NCBI GenBank assembly: GCA_030141605.1 | Contig: JAQGDQ010000690.1 | Span: 1 to 64,000, forward strand | Direction of reading: 5' to 3' | Length of the DNA stretch: 64,000 nt | From: Tubiluchus corallicola | Taxonomy: Eukaryota; Animalia; Priapulida | Shown here: positions 12,931 through 25,524 of the stretch, in pieces | How positions within the stretch are numbered: the first letter of the stretch is position 1 | How the letters are laid out: every line of letters begins with the position of its first letter | Program-made: the position numbers and the translations under genes | The notes under the pieces: model-generated | What the model was told of the DNA's origin: nothing | What the model saw: only the letters and a program-made list of their open reading frames with translations | Database searches by the model: none

Positions 12931-13470
12931 AATGAACTTCTAAAATGAGTGGCTAGAATAGTGACGAAAGTGCACAAAACTCAAGCGCTAACCGAAGAAT
13001 TTATTTCACTTGAACAAACTAAAACTGCTTTTTAACTAATTGTATGAAAAATATCTAATTATTTTGAAGAATAAATTACACATCGTGATTGCTTCTTGTC
13101 TGTGGTCAGAAAAACAATGAAAGTTGAAAATAACATAATGTAATATTAAAGGAAGACCGGACGATTGTTTAGACTCGATCTCATTTTAATTTACTGTCCA
13201 AAATATACATTTTCAATTGTTCCTTATATGTTTGAATAATTAGCTTAGAAAGTTAATTAACGGCAACCGAACACAGCTGTTGCTTACGTCAGAAACTAAC
13301 CACTGTTTGTGAAATAACAGGCATTCCCTTGCGCATCAAGCACATTTGCATAGGTGTTACAGTACTGTTTAAACACATGATGTCACGAAAATGGGCTTTA
13401 CATCATACAACGTCAAAAACTAACACAGCAGTTCATGATCATGATTATTAACAGTAAAACTACATTCATC

Positions 13471-13806
13471 GGCTAACAGATTCAGTTGGTTAATTAAGTC
13501 AAAACAAGTCCATCTCAAAATCAATCTACTAACCAGCACCTGCTGTATTTTGAAATACAAACCTTGCAACACCACTATCCCAGAAAGCTTCAAATAGCTC
13601 CACCTGTTGGGCATAACGGTAATCTTCCACATCGGCTGGGCTAACAGATTCAGTTGGTTAATTAAGTCAAAACAATTCCATCTCAAAATCAATCTACTAA
13701 CCAGCACCTGCTGTATTTTGAAATACAAACCTTGCAATACCGCTATCCCAGAAAGCTTCAAACAGCTCCACCTGTTGGACGTAACTATAATCTTCCACAT
13801 CGGCTG
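13471..13806. repeat. 168-bp direct duplication covering the 3' half of NRDE2 exon 6, its donor and 90 nt of intron
   Basis: 13471-13638 versus 13639-13806; 8 mismatches counted. Confidence 0.95.
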
Positions 13807-13905
13807 GGCTAAAGCAGTTAAACTCGATGAGCGCTTGAAAGCAAGCGACGGCTTTTTCCATGTGACCGGCTTGACGAAGAAAGTAACATTGTTGTAAAAA
13901 CAAAT
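13731..13905 (-). CDS. NRDE2: NRDE2 coding exon 6
   Basis: ttcag| (D)LFLQQCYFLRQAGHMEKAVACFQALIEFNCF...FWDSGIA |gtttg; phase 1 to 2. Confidence 0.92.
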
Positions 13906-14431
13906 CTGAAACAAACCAATTTAGAAATCAATAAATAATTCAATTGCAGATGCACAACACTAGCACCAATACTTTCAACATGTCGGAACCTTTACGGGAA
14001 AATCAGACAAGTGATTGAACTTAAACTCATTTCCATTTTTTATCTTTAATGTAGCGCAAAATTTTCAAGTTCATTATGATGTATTTGTATTGTCCATAAT
14101 ATACATTTTGTTGCCTAAAAGAGTTAGCAAATGCTTCTAGTATTTGAACAGCTAGCTTGAAAATTTAGTTAACAGCAACCGAACACAGCTATCACTCACG
14201 TCACAAACTAATCACGCTTTGCGCAATGGTAGACCATCTTCCATGCGCATTAAGCATGCTTGCGCAAGCGGAGATTGTTGTAAGTTACTGATGTGATGTC
14301 ACGAAAATGGGCTCTATGTCATACTGACGTCACAGATGAACACCGCAGTTCACGACCATGCTTATCACGGTACTGCGCCTATTTGTCGGTCACGCAAATC
14401 TGACAAAAGAACGTCATTGCCAGCCTTAGTC

Positions 14432-14550
14432 TTACTTAACCATAAGCTACTTAACCATAAGTTACTTAAGTGTAAGTTACTTAACCATAAGTTACTTAAC
14501 CATAAGCTACTTAACCGTAAGTTACTTAAGTGTAAGTTAATTAACTGTAG
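14432..14550. repeat. 15-bp minisatellite (cttaaccataagtta)
   Basis: About 7-8 imperfect tandem copies. Confidence 0.85.
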
Positions 14551-14616
14551 CCATACATTGTCTTCTAGTTATATAGTTCATACTGTAGAATATTAATAAA
14601 GATACACACTACATAC

Positions 14617-14821
14617 CAAGCATATTTTCTTCCAGATGCGGCAAGGCATGATGAGATTTGAACGTGCCCTCGTGTAGCCCCACGAGAACACCGAAACACT
14701 TGCTGTACTTTGACGTCATCCCGGTAAACGAAAACGACGGCAGATGAGTTTGGGAAAACGTCAGATATTCCCGCCAGACGTCCGGCCGATTGGGATGAAT
14801 GAACGCAAATTTATCCCAAGC
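14617..14821 (-). CDS. NRDE2: NRDE2 coding exon 5
   Basis: ctcag| AWDKFAFIHPNRPDVWREYL...LEENML |gtatg; phase 0 to 1. Confidence 0.92.
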
Positions 14822-15077
14822 CTGAGAAAGATGGAAAGAAATTAGGTAAAGACTTTTAACAACATATAAAAAGGTTCAAAGACAATATGATTGATTATTT
14901 GTTTATTTATTTATTTGGTTTTAAGGCTGGAAAAACTGATTTACCAAATCACTAACTGGTTGACTAACTGACCAATTAACTATGCAAAAATGCATGAATA
15001 TGCCAGCAGAAGGGATAATCGTCATTTATGACGACTTCCTAAATCGGATATCACTTTGTCGACAACAAAGTTCCTAC

Positions 15078-15873
15078 CTTAACAAGTCTATCCGTGTTCC
15101 ACAAATCAACGGCTAACTTCAACTGCATAATCCGCAGGGATGTTTCCGTCGGATTGCTCTCGATCGCTCTGTCCAAAATCGCCATTTTTCGCTCCAGCAA
15201 TGCTCTCGTCGATCCCTTTTCCGTCACGGCAAGGTGAAGCTCATCCTGGAATTTCAGGAACTCCAGCCAGGATGAAACGTCTGATGGATTTTCTCGGAGA
15301 CGCCTATTATAATTGGTTACTTTTTCCGCTAGACGGCAACTGAGTCCGAGGGTGTCAGATTCGTTAGATTTTGGCTGTTCGACAGAAGGGGCTTGACCCG
15401 TGACGTATAGCATGGTGACCGGATCTAAAATTCCCAAGGTACCTCCAACGTTGTCTACATCGGGCAAAGGGATACTAGCCAACGGAACATCCTGTAACGC
15501 CATTCTCTCAAGCTCGATGAAATCCGGCAGTGGCTCAGACGGGTCCTCCCTGCTCATAGCTGTCGTCATGGTAACGGACTCTTCATTTTGCACATCTCGC
15601 ACGGCCATTTTATCGCTGTACCGCATGAGTCGCCGACCGTCCTCTCTCTTTTTGAGTTTGTTCATCAAAGCCCGGTAAACCTCACAGTCAAATCCTAAAC
15701 ACACGTGAAAGCGACGGTGCTTAGACTTGTGCATCTTGTACGTGGAACCGTACAGGATGTTGTCCACGTCCTGTTTCCTGTCAATCCGGTATGCGTGCTC
15801 CGGTTCAACTCGCATGTCCTCGAAGAAGATCCGGCGTCCTGAGTTGACCAGCGGTCTTTTAGACTCAATCGCA
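15078..15873 (-). CDS. NRDE2: NRDE2 coding exon 4
   Basis: Lies inside ORF 15051..15911; acceptor tctag, donor gtagg; YRIDRKQDVDNILY and YNRRLRENPSD motifs. Confidence 0.92.
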
Positions 15874-16443
15874 CTAGAAACACAAGTATTGTTACGGTTA
15901 ATATTACACAACTATGAGGATTAGGCTAAAACAGTAAATCTAAACTTTAGGACAATCTGTACATCTGCTAAACAAGTCATAGTCTTGCACAGTGACAACT
16001 TTACGACAATCCAGGTTCACTGCAAAAACTAATGAGTAGCCCATCTAATTCAAAGAAGGTGGATGAATAAAAATAATGGTTCTATCCTGCAAAAGTGAAT
16101 GAAAATATGTAGAAAGGACCAAAGCGAGACCCTACATTCAGCGACGGGCTAAGTACGGCAGACAGTGACGGCGAGAAACGGAAACGGCTGATTGTCAAGA
16201 ATAATTCTCTAAGATTAAAAAAGGGACATGCAGATGTGTCTTAGTCTGGCCCACATTTAGATGGCTGCACATCCCGTTCGTGAAGAAATGCAATAAGATG
16301 GGTAAAACCACGCAGGGGCGGGTTTTTCGGCTGTCACCCAATTTCTGTTGAACGTGTTCAGTGTTGCTAAACATCAGACAGTGACACTTAGCAACTCCCT
16401 TGCTTTAGAATAAAGTTTATTGTTAAAAAATTGCCTTACAAGG

Positions 16444-16776
16444 TGTTGTGTTTTATTTCTCTCGGAAGGCTCGTAAACACTTCGTCAAATTAAACTAGTT
16501 TATTAAGCGAGAACGCGAAATGTTTACAGTAAACGTGAAAATCTGGAAAACGTTTGAGTGTATCTGAAAATGCAAGTATACAAGAGAATGTGTAAGTGGC
16601 GTCCGTGCGAATCTACTTCAGCGGCCAACTTCGCCTTATATATAAGTGCCAGGGAATATTCTAGAAGATTCTTTCTAGAATATTCTAAAAGGTAAGATTG
16701 TTCTATTATGTAATGGAACATGAACATTCTACAATATTCTATTTAATTCTAGTAGATACCAGCGATCTCCACAACA
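16444..16776 (-). mobile_element. Solo LTR
   Basis: Inverted termini tgttgtg...cacaaca, 5-bp TSD caagg on both sides, TATA-like tatataa and downstream aataaa on the minus strand. Confidence 0.8.
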
Positions 16777-16847
16777 CAAGGAATAAACATCATGTGCATA
16801 TTCTAAATAATCTATACCTTTAACAGTAGTACAGTCATCTGTTTGCT

Positions 16848-17458
16848 TCGCTCCATTTAACGTATTTTTGTTGTTGTTTATGTCATTAATTAAGTCTTAT
16901 CCATGTTGAGAGTTGTTCATAAGTTAATATCTTCTGTTGTGCTCACAGCACTGCAATGAATTGTTAATTTGTGATTGTATTTTAATATTATTTTCATAAC
17001 ACTGCAAAAGTGGCTAACTTGGTTTAAATCATCGATCCTGGTGCATCATCATCGTTAGCATCAATTCGCTATCATTGCCATCACCACCACCATTGTCATC
17101 AGCATTAATATCACCATCGTTGTCAGCATTATCATCAACATTAACATCCTTCTTATCGTCTTTTCGACTCCATTTGTTTTGCTCCAATTAACGTATTTTT
17201 TGTTATTGTTGTTTATGTCATAAATTAAAACTTATCGATGTTGAGCATAGCTCATAAGTTAATTTCTTCTGCTGCGCTCATAGCACTGCAATGCATTGTT
17301 AATTTGTAATTGTAAAACTTGTAAATTTTTGTATAATTGTGCTGCAATGCATTGTTAATTTGGAATTGTAAAACTAGTAAATTTTTGTATAATTGTGCTG
17401 CAATGCATTGTTAATTTGTAATTGTAAAACTAGTAAATTTTTGTATAATTGTGCTGAA
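16848..17458. repeat. Local duplication (~16848-16980 / ~17180-17315) plus a ~56-bp tandem repeat x3
   Basis: Visible direct repeats. Confidence 0.7.
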
Positions 17459-18084
17459 TGGATAAATCTAATCTAAACAGGTATTTTTAATCTTGCGTCC
17501 ATGAAGGTTTCTTATCTAATACAAACAATGCTTAAAGGAAAAGGTAAGGAATTTCAAAGTCTGAAAAACTTTCCAGAAACTTGCATCGTTTACCATCATT
17601 CTTACTTGTTTGAGAAACTTGTGTAAGTGGGGAAAAATTCTTAAAAGTTTAAAATGTTTGCGCCAACTGGTAAGATGCCACTGTTTCGGTATCCCAGCGT
17701 GCATCACTGGCCCACCAAAAAAGTGTTACTAATCTGACAAACAAGTTAAAGTGATGCACATTGGTTTAGTTAGTGACGAGCATGCTACGAATGCTCTGAA
17801 TATTTTCTAAAATTCTATGCACTGTTATCTAAACTTGTTTCAAACGACACAGCGTTAAAGTGGCTCCACCCAATGGTGTTTAAATTTACAAGTTTTCTAC
17901 AGAGTTACTGCCAATGCAAGCTCTGTATGCAATAATACAGCAAATAACTGGTGCAAAATTTCAAGACATTTTTTCAGCCTTATGTAAGTTCTGCTTTCTT
18001 GACCTATAAAAGTCATTAATCGGGAAGATTCTTTGCAATAAATGCTGGATGACTTGTTTGGGGCAAATGACTTTAAGCACATAC

Positions 18085-18285
18085 CCATCCTTTTGTTTCT
18101 CGGCTGTCTGATTGCCTTTATTCTCGCCCAACTGCCTCTTGGACCTCCTTGACCCATGTTCTGGACTTCGTGACCTTGACCTGTGATGAGAGCTGTTGTC
18201 ATGACGACGCGCGTGTTTGTGCTTCCGCCTTTCTTTACGGGATCTCTTTGCTTTGACTGGCTTCTTATCTTTATCTTTGCTCAAC
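18085..18285 (-). CDS. NRDE2: NRDE2 coding exon 3 (basic, K/R/S-rich)
   Basis: tccag| LSKDKDKKPVKAKRSRKERRKHKH...QKD |gtatg; phase 2 to 2. Confidence 0.85.
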
Positions 18286-18403
18286 CTGGAGCGATGTGAG
18301 TGTTATAAAGAAATAAAAACGTTCGCAATAACTAAACATAAGTAAAATATTTGTAAGGAAATCACAAAGATTTGTACATTCTCTTCAAAAGTCAATATTA
18401 CTA

Positions 18404-19032
18404 TAGTCTAGTCTCGTTATCTCGCCACTGTCCATCTAGGGCAAATTTTTGGTGAGAGGCGAGTATGGCGAGATAACGGGAATATAACGAAGTTAGTCTA
18501 TATGTATATGCATAATAGTTGATTAACATAGTGTTCCTCTATGTACATATAAAATATATTTCGCATTATGATACCAATCAACATTAAATCAGAAATGAAA
18601 AAATGTCTTAAAAATAATCTTAGAATGTTAATTTTTTATTTAAAAAACCCTTTTCGAGTATACACTTATCGGTGACGCTTAACTTTCTCTGCGCATTAAC
18701 CAACCACAGCACTCCTAATCTAATCCTGGTGAGACACACACTAGATTAATTATGTCTGTCTATCGAGTACAGCAGCATTGTCTACATACCGCGGTTAAAT
18801 TGATCGACACGCGGTATATGTATTGATCGATTCACCTCTGAGTTTGTCTGTTTGGCGACATAACGAATATAGTTTACATAAGCACTCATCCTAGCATGAC
18901 GTGGCGAGGGCGAGAAGCGAGGGTGGCGACTTAACGAGGTAAATATCAAAGCAGGAAATCCGTCCTGGTACTTTCTATGGCGAGAGACAAGTTTGGCGGC
19001 ATAACGAGGGGCGAGATAACGGGGCTAGACTG
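18404..19032. mobile_element. Tc1/mariner-type MITE with TA flanks
   Basis: TIRs tagtctagtctcgttatctcgcc / ggcgagataacggggctagactg, with subterminal ggcgaga repeats. Confidence 0.8.
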
Positions 19033-19309
19033 TATATACTTTTCTTAATAAATCCGCCTTGATGTCAAGATAAATGGATTGCTTTCACTACGTAGTAACT
19101 GGGCCACATTGACCATTGCACATTTGACAACTTCTTGTGGTGTGTTACTTAAACAAAATCTTGTAAATAAACAAATATTTGTTCGTTATTGAGTACTGCT
19201 ATTAAATATTAGTTTTATTTCTACACATGCACAGTTTGCACTCACATGCGAGCACACACGCGCGCACGCACAGTTTGCACACACATGCGAGCACACACAC
19301 GCGCACGCA

Positions 19310-19800
19310 CAGTTGTTGCAGGTCAAAGGTTAAGTGTGCCGTAGCAAACGTGTCTTCATTACAACCGTCATGTGATATTTGGGTAAAGTAAAGCTGTCTG
19401 CTGCATCAGTTGTAGTAATTTGTAAAATTCAGCTGTAATCAGTCGGTGCAAGTCGCGTGAAGTGTACGACAGCAATGCCTGTTGACTAGAACAGAACCGT
19501 CACATGACTTGTGTGTAAAACAAAGCCACATCAGTTCAGTAGTTTCAGTTGTTTTACGTTGACTTTACTTAATTATACATTAGTCTGTGCTTAGAGTGAT
19601 TTACTAGCAGGATCTTGCTTGGAAACAGAAAAAACGAACTAGGTAATGTTCTAGCTAGATGTTAAAACTGTTACTATTATTATAGCACGGGCCGCGAGGC
19701 GTTGTCAAGTGTACACAAATGCATTGTCTGGTACACTTAACCTTTGACCTTCGACCTTTTCACGATCACCATCAATTGCCGGAACTGTGAAAAGGCTTAA
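19310..19800. mobile_element. Interspersed repeat with internal inverted repeats
   Basis: aggtcaaaggttaagtgtgc ... gtacacttaacctttgacct. A second copy lies at ~57727-58036. Confidence 0.7.
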
Positions 19801-19822
19801 TAAACTATTGCTATAAGTGTAC

Positions 19823-19925
19823 CCGGGTGATATGGTGCCATCATCGTCGGTGTCCTTTGAACGTTGCTCAGAGACTACGACGCTCGCTGCCGTAAAACTT
19901 TCGTTCTGTAGCCAATCGAAATCAC
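19823..19925 (-). CDS. NRDE2: NRDE2 coding exon 2
   Basis: (G)DFDWLQNESF... contains the conserved DWL-N-SF motif; phase 1 to 2. Confidence 0.85.
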
Positions 19926-21636
19926 CTTAGATCAATCAAAAAAGAAATTAAACGAATCATTGACAGTTAAGTTCACTAACGTTTTTCTTTTACTAATAGG
20001 TACCATTATGACCTTTGTTACTTTATTAGTAAAGGTATAAATCAATTTAAATGAAATTATTCATTCATCGCAGCCTATATCAAAATCGTAATTACATATT
20101 ATGTTTTCCTTATGTTTCCTTGCTAATATTACATCATTTACTTTATTTCAAAATTATTTCAATATTTATATCAAGATCGTAATTACATATTATGTTTTCC
20201 TTATGTTTCCTTGTTATTATTACATCATTTACTTTATTACATCAATTTCATTAAATCATCTACAGCAGCACGTATAACTTTAAAATATTTTTCATTTTCA
20301 TTTAAGTAAGGTGAGTGTGTTAATGACCGTATGGTCGTACACTCACCTCACACTACTCAGATCATTTTATTTATTGTTTATTTATGTGTACAACATTGTA
20401 TTTTGATGTGTGAAAATAAAATTCATAGTCCATAGTTCATAGTTTGCAAATAATTTGCAATTATAACTGCAGAATAAACAACAAAAATTAACTTGGTTCG
20501 TAAGCCTGTTACAAAAGATTTCAACTTACCTACAGTAAGTTGTCGCTTAACGATGCTAATGCATTTCAGCAAAATGCGACGTTAAGCAAAACGTCGTTAA
20601 ATTAAACCAAGATTTTTGTACAAAGTAATGTAAAAGATTCAATATACGTTCCAGTGGCAAAAATCAAAAATCAGCGTATAATCTAAAGGACAAGAAAAGG
20701 GGCACCTGAAGTTGATTTCATAAAAATCGCCTTAACAATTATACTTCTTTACAGCAATTTTAAGCACATACCGTATTCGCCTTGAAAGGAATTTTCGTTT
20801 GTTTTCATTTTAAATCTCCTGATGTCACTACCACACGTAAATCAGGGGAAGAAAAGGCAATGTTAAATTAGGTCCAAAAAATCTTTCCTTGCAAATCTAT
20901 ATTACTAATCTCAAAAACGCTCTCTTCTTCTTGTGGTTGTGGTTAACAGTAGATGAACCTTATAGGCTTCGTTTTCATAATAAGACTCAGACACTCAGAC
21001 AACTGACCTCGGCTATAACAAGACTCGGTAAAAATGAGCAAATTTTTACTGTCTGTAGAAACTCGTTATAAGCGGATTACACTCTTTACGCTACACAAGT
21101 AAGTTTTGTACGACGTTTCGCTTTACTTAAGCACTGTGAAAGTCATGTTTGAGGTTGTAGATAACTCACTTTGTAGAACAAGAATAAAAAATCTATAATA
21201 CATATTTGCACAAAACTGAAAAGTGTTTATTAGACTGCATACACATATGTAGAATGACTGCTACACTGAACACTGAGAACAAGAGTGTCCTGCACTGATC
21301 ACTGAGAGTTAGACAGTTGTGTAGCACGACTGCTGCACTACACTGAGAGTGAGACAGTAAGTAACATGAGCATCACGACAGCTGCACTGCACTAAGAGTG
21401 TGAGTTAGACAGTGACTAGAAAGTAAATCCAGTCAGTATATAGGTATAGGTGATTATGCAAACTTGGCTTCACAAAAACCATTACTGTAAAATTGGGGGA
21501 GATCCAGTGAATATGCATTCACTGGACCGTACAATTACACTGGGGGTGAGTGTAGCTAGCAAAATGTAAAAGGATTAGTTCATAGATGGCAGCACCTAAA
21601 AAATATACAATTACAACTTCCACAAGCACAGCATAC

Positions 21637-21703
21637 CTTTTCCTTCTTCCTTGTAAGATGAACCATTCTTGTGTGTATCAGAAAAAGCTGGGAAGAGAGA
21701 CAT
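21637..21703 (-). CDS. NRDE2: NRDE2 first coding exon
   Basis: MSLFPAFSDTHKNGSSYKEEGK |gtatg. An acceptor tttgtag upstream puts the exon start at 21752, implying a further non-coding exon. Confidence 0.9.
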
Positions 21704-22359
21704 GCTTCAGCTGTACTCAGTTCTCATCTGGTCCAGGATTGTGTATTCGATCCTACAAACAGAACACAGCATTAAACAATCAACGTATTAATCTTTTAAT
21801 TTTTACCACTGCGATTACATTACATTTTACAATACTGCCAGTGATGTGGCTGTGCTATTTCGCAGTTTTCCCCGGTAGAGGCGTAAAGAGGGCTCTATGG
21901 TTTGTTTCACAGGATACAAATAAGTTAATTACTCATTAATTAAGCACGCAGTACAAAAATTTTCTGCCAAATTCCAGTTGGGTAACTCAGTTATAACTTG
22001 ATTTTCATGATATTGCTACTTAAGTTCTCCACATTTTCTTTAAAATTGGTTAGTGAATCATTCACTATACGAGTGAGAGCTTCAGCAATATCGAATCATC
22101 TAGGTTGCTCAATAATAATTCGGACAGCACCATTTCTGATCATAATCCTGCGTCTCGCAATGTTCGCTGAATTAGTAGTGATACTCTGAGGATCTGGATA
22201 TTTTACGATAGTGATTCTGGAACAAAAGCTGTGAGACTCGATGTTACGGAAGTAAAATAGGAAATTATGAAAAGTAAAAAAAATCTAATCTGGAACTATT
22301 TGACAATGTAAGCTAAATGATATTGGAGCAGATGTCTCAAAAGACTTCCCATGCAAATC

Positions 22360-22799
22360 AATATTACTTAGATTTTCGCTTACCTGCTAGAAAGACTTAT
22401 GTAACTAGAAAAGAAAATTATTAATTATTTAAAATGTCTTCACCAATTGGTAAAATGTCGCTGACTCACCCACCAGAGTGCACCACTCACTAACCAAAAA
22501 ACGTATTTTTAATCTTATTGACAAGATACAGTAATTTCAAATTTTATTTAGTTAGTGACTTGTGTGCTACGAATGCTTTGATTATTTTTACAAACTTTAC
22601 AAAATGTTACCTAAACTTGTTTCAAATGACCTGTCGTGAAAATGGCTGCGTCTGATGGTCATCGCGGGAGTTTAAATTTACATGTTTTATACAGCATGAC
22701 TGCCGATTGAAGTCCTGTACGCAAAAAGGCAGTACGTAAGTGATATAAAATTTCAGAACGAATTTTTCAAGCTTAATGAAGGGTTTTCTTGTGCTTTAA
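22360..22799. mobile_element. TTAA-type DNA transposon fragment
   Basis: Ends ttttcttgtgct|ttaa. Homologous to ~2620-2880, ~17640-18010, ~43170-43540 and ~50740-51245. Confidence 0.65.
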
Positions 22800-22899
22800 C
22801 GAGACTCACATGTTAGTACAATAAGAGTGTTGATCGTATAAAATTTTATAAAATTATGACTGATGCAGCGCAAGACATTTGGATGGGAATTTATAAATC

Positions 22900-23370
22900 G
22901 ACCATACAATTAAACCATATCAATTGTGACTACTGTAAAATAAATATTCACAAATTGCATGTACATGGCAATTCAATAGACCGCTACAAGAAACATCCTC
23001 AAGAGGGCGAAAAATTTTACGATGGTTACTGAAATTACAATTTCCTATAGAGGCTCTGAAGGAAGCAAAATAGGGAGCCATGACAATACGAGAAGGAAAA
23101 GGATACCAAAGCAATATTATAGTTCTAACAAAGAAAAAGTTTTGCCTTATATAATTTTGCTATTCACAAGAAGAAAAGTTTATAAGGAAGACCCCTCGTA
23201 GTGATCGGACTAACTGTGAATTTACCGCGACATTCAGATGGATCAATTAAACGTAGCTCAACTCTAAGAGTTTTGAAAAACATAATCAGATCAGCTCTAA
23301 TCTTCGGAACTTGACTTTTGACAGAAACTCCAGGCAATTTCTTTCGTTCTAGCCTATAAATCTTCATTTT
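22900..23370 (-). mobile_element. Decayed 3' end of a CR1-group LINE
   Basis: Translates RADLIMFFK...TTRGLPYKL and IVMAP-FASFR, resembling CR1 ORF2 C-terminal motifs. Confidence 0.6.
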
Positions 23371-23559
23371 TGATTATGTGTGGCCATCTTACCTTTAAAA
23401 TCTAAAACTTTCATTTAGAACTAAGACTTCTAGTTCTAATTCTATGAATGCTTTTCTTGAGTAACAACTAATGGTTAAACCAGATGGGCGCTATTACACT
23501 TTCGCACCGCCTAGCTTTTTATAGGTTATTACTCGTTTTTAGGCTCGTAAATCATCATT

Positions 23560-23760
23560 CTATTATTCTTACGTCATCAGTGAATGTTTCCGCTAATCTA
23601 ATTGTAATTTAATCTTATTTAGGCATAATTACCAATAATTACGCTGCATTCACAGTTCGACACAATATCGCCATCTTGTTTGTGTGTGTGGTCACGTGAC
23701 GAATTTCGTACCAGTTTATGCATTATCAGGGCCTAGCTTAAAAGGCACGTGACACACTTT
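23560..23760 (-). promoter_or_regulatory. Candidate NRDE2 promoter / non-coding first exon
   Basis: YY1-like aagatggcg (minus strand, 23669-23677), palindromic gtcacgtgac (23691-23700), second cacgtg (23746), CRE-like ttacgtca; ~1.9 kb upstream of the first coding exon. Confidence 0.45.
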
Positions 23761-25524
23761 CATCTTCACCGCATTTACGAAATAAAGAAAAATCCTTTAC
23801 TTTTTTTAAAATCTAATAGTAATAATACTACAGTAATAAATAAAATTAATGATAAATAACTGTTCCGTTCCAGGCCCACCCGCGATACGATACAAACTCT
23901 CGTAGCTGCAATCCTAATAATCATAAATTATGCGAAGAAACTAAAAATACAGGTTAAGGGCCACACGTCACTGCGCGAGAGCGATTGCGCATCAGTGATG
24001 TAAACACGGTTATTCACGTGCAGCTTTTAATGGCGGCTGTAGGTAAGTAATGCATGATTTTAATCTGGACTTATAAAGCGCAAGAAGCAATAATATTATG
24101 GGAATATGGTGTATATTACGCCTGTTGGCCTGCAGGCGTGAAAACAACCAATAGGCCAGGAAAAGCTAGGCGGTGCGAAAGTGTAATAGCGCCAACCAGA
24201 TGCTTCATTGGCGTACAAAAATATATTGGTAACGTAATTAATCAAAGTTTTTTGTTAAGGCTTAATTTCTTGCTAGCTAATACATCGTTGCGTTGAAGAA
24301 AAGCATGCATTACCTCCTGCAAACACTTTTAAAACCATTTTCAGTGTTTAGTTTGTAAGTTCAACACGCACACCAACCAACAATATGGGAGCACTTCACT
24401 TTGCACATAAATGCGCTGGTAGCACGCCCTTTAATCCACGACCCCGTCTTTCAACGATCTGATACACGTAATAATGAAGTACCAACGTCATAAATTTTGC
24501 AGCGAGTAATAGAACGATTTAGCGCATCAATGTAATGACGAATTAATAAGGAACCTGTCCTGCCTTTTAAATTTAGTGTAAAGACCTTGTGTCTTGCATA
24601 ACCTGCAATTTTGAGGAGAGTGGGGTGTATTCATCATTGGAAGCCCACTGAAGACATCAAGGTTCAAACCCAAGGTGCTCCATCGCATCCAGATGCCTGA
24701 TAAGCCTACATTTTAATGCACAGTAATTTTGTTTTTGGATCATTAATATTTGAACCACTCCATCGTTCGGTTGGTTAATTTCACTGCATGCGTAGGGATT
24801 AAGATCTAATGAACTTCCAAGCCACTGCAATCTGTTCAGTACTACTACAGTACTTTTTCTTCTTTGTACTAAACTACATAGCAAAAAAATTGTTATGCCT
24901 GCACTTAGGCCAGTGCTGCTAATTACTAGCTTTGGGTAAAAAATTCCGCCATTTATTTTTCTAAACTACCGATTTGGCAAGCGACCAAGAATTTCCACTC
25001 ATTGTAACATGGAATCAGTATAATTGGTAAGTGCTGAGAATTACGGGTGCAAACTACCAGATTTTGGGCAGAGCTGGAAGGCTGCTAGTTCTTTATTTTA
25101 ATTAATTAGAAATTACCAAATTCTTTCCTTGGTGTTTATACTCAACTGCCGTCATTGTCATGGAGTTACATTAAGTTTAAGTTGCTCAAACAGCTAATTC
25201 AAAATTGCCAGGGTCTCCGAGACATAAAGATAAAATGACAAGTATTACATTTTAAAGTTGGCTGTGTTAATAAAAACAGTATTACTTTGAATTGTAAATT
25301 AACTAATATAAGTAAAATTAGTCTTTCAATCAATGAAATATAACACACCATTTTATTTCGTTTATATTCGCAAATACTAGAGGGTTTACAATAGCTACTA
25401 TAAAGCCATAATCGAATGGCTGCTACACGCTCAGCAAAAGATTTGATACAGAAAATTTGACAAGAAGTTCTTTTACTAAACTGTGATACATCTCAATAAG
25501 TTCTTAGCAATCCAGTGTAGCTGT

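Larger units (their letters stand above)
5743..21703 (-). other. NRDE2: NRDE2 gene span (nuclear RNAi-defective 2 / MTR4-associated factor), 3' end not found in window
   Basis: Ten GT-AG exons with consistent phases. N-terminal MSLFPAF and DWLQNESF, NRDE-2 domain motifs (LRENPSDVSSWLEF, FLRQAGHMEKA, FWDSGIARIGENGALGW, EDPDRLVLFDDV), C-terminal HAT-like repeats. Confidence 0.93.

Noticed and set aside
12677-12943. ORFs within the SINE body
   Set aside because: Short, unrecognisable and expected in GC-rich repeat sequence.
13420-13914. 164-aa ORF with an internal repeat
   Set aside because: Alternative frame across exon 6 and the 168-bp duplication; the NRDE2 frame is the conserved one.
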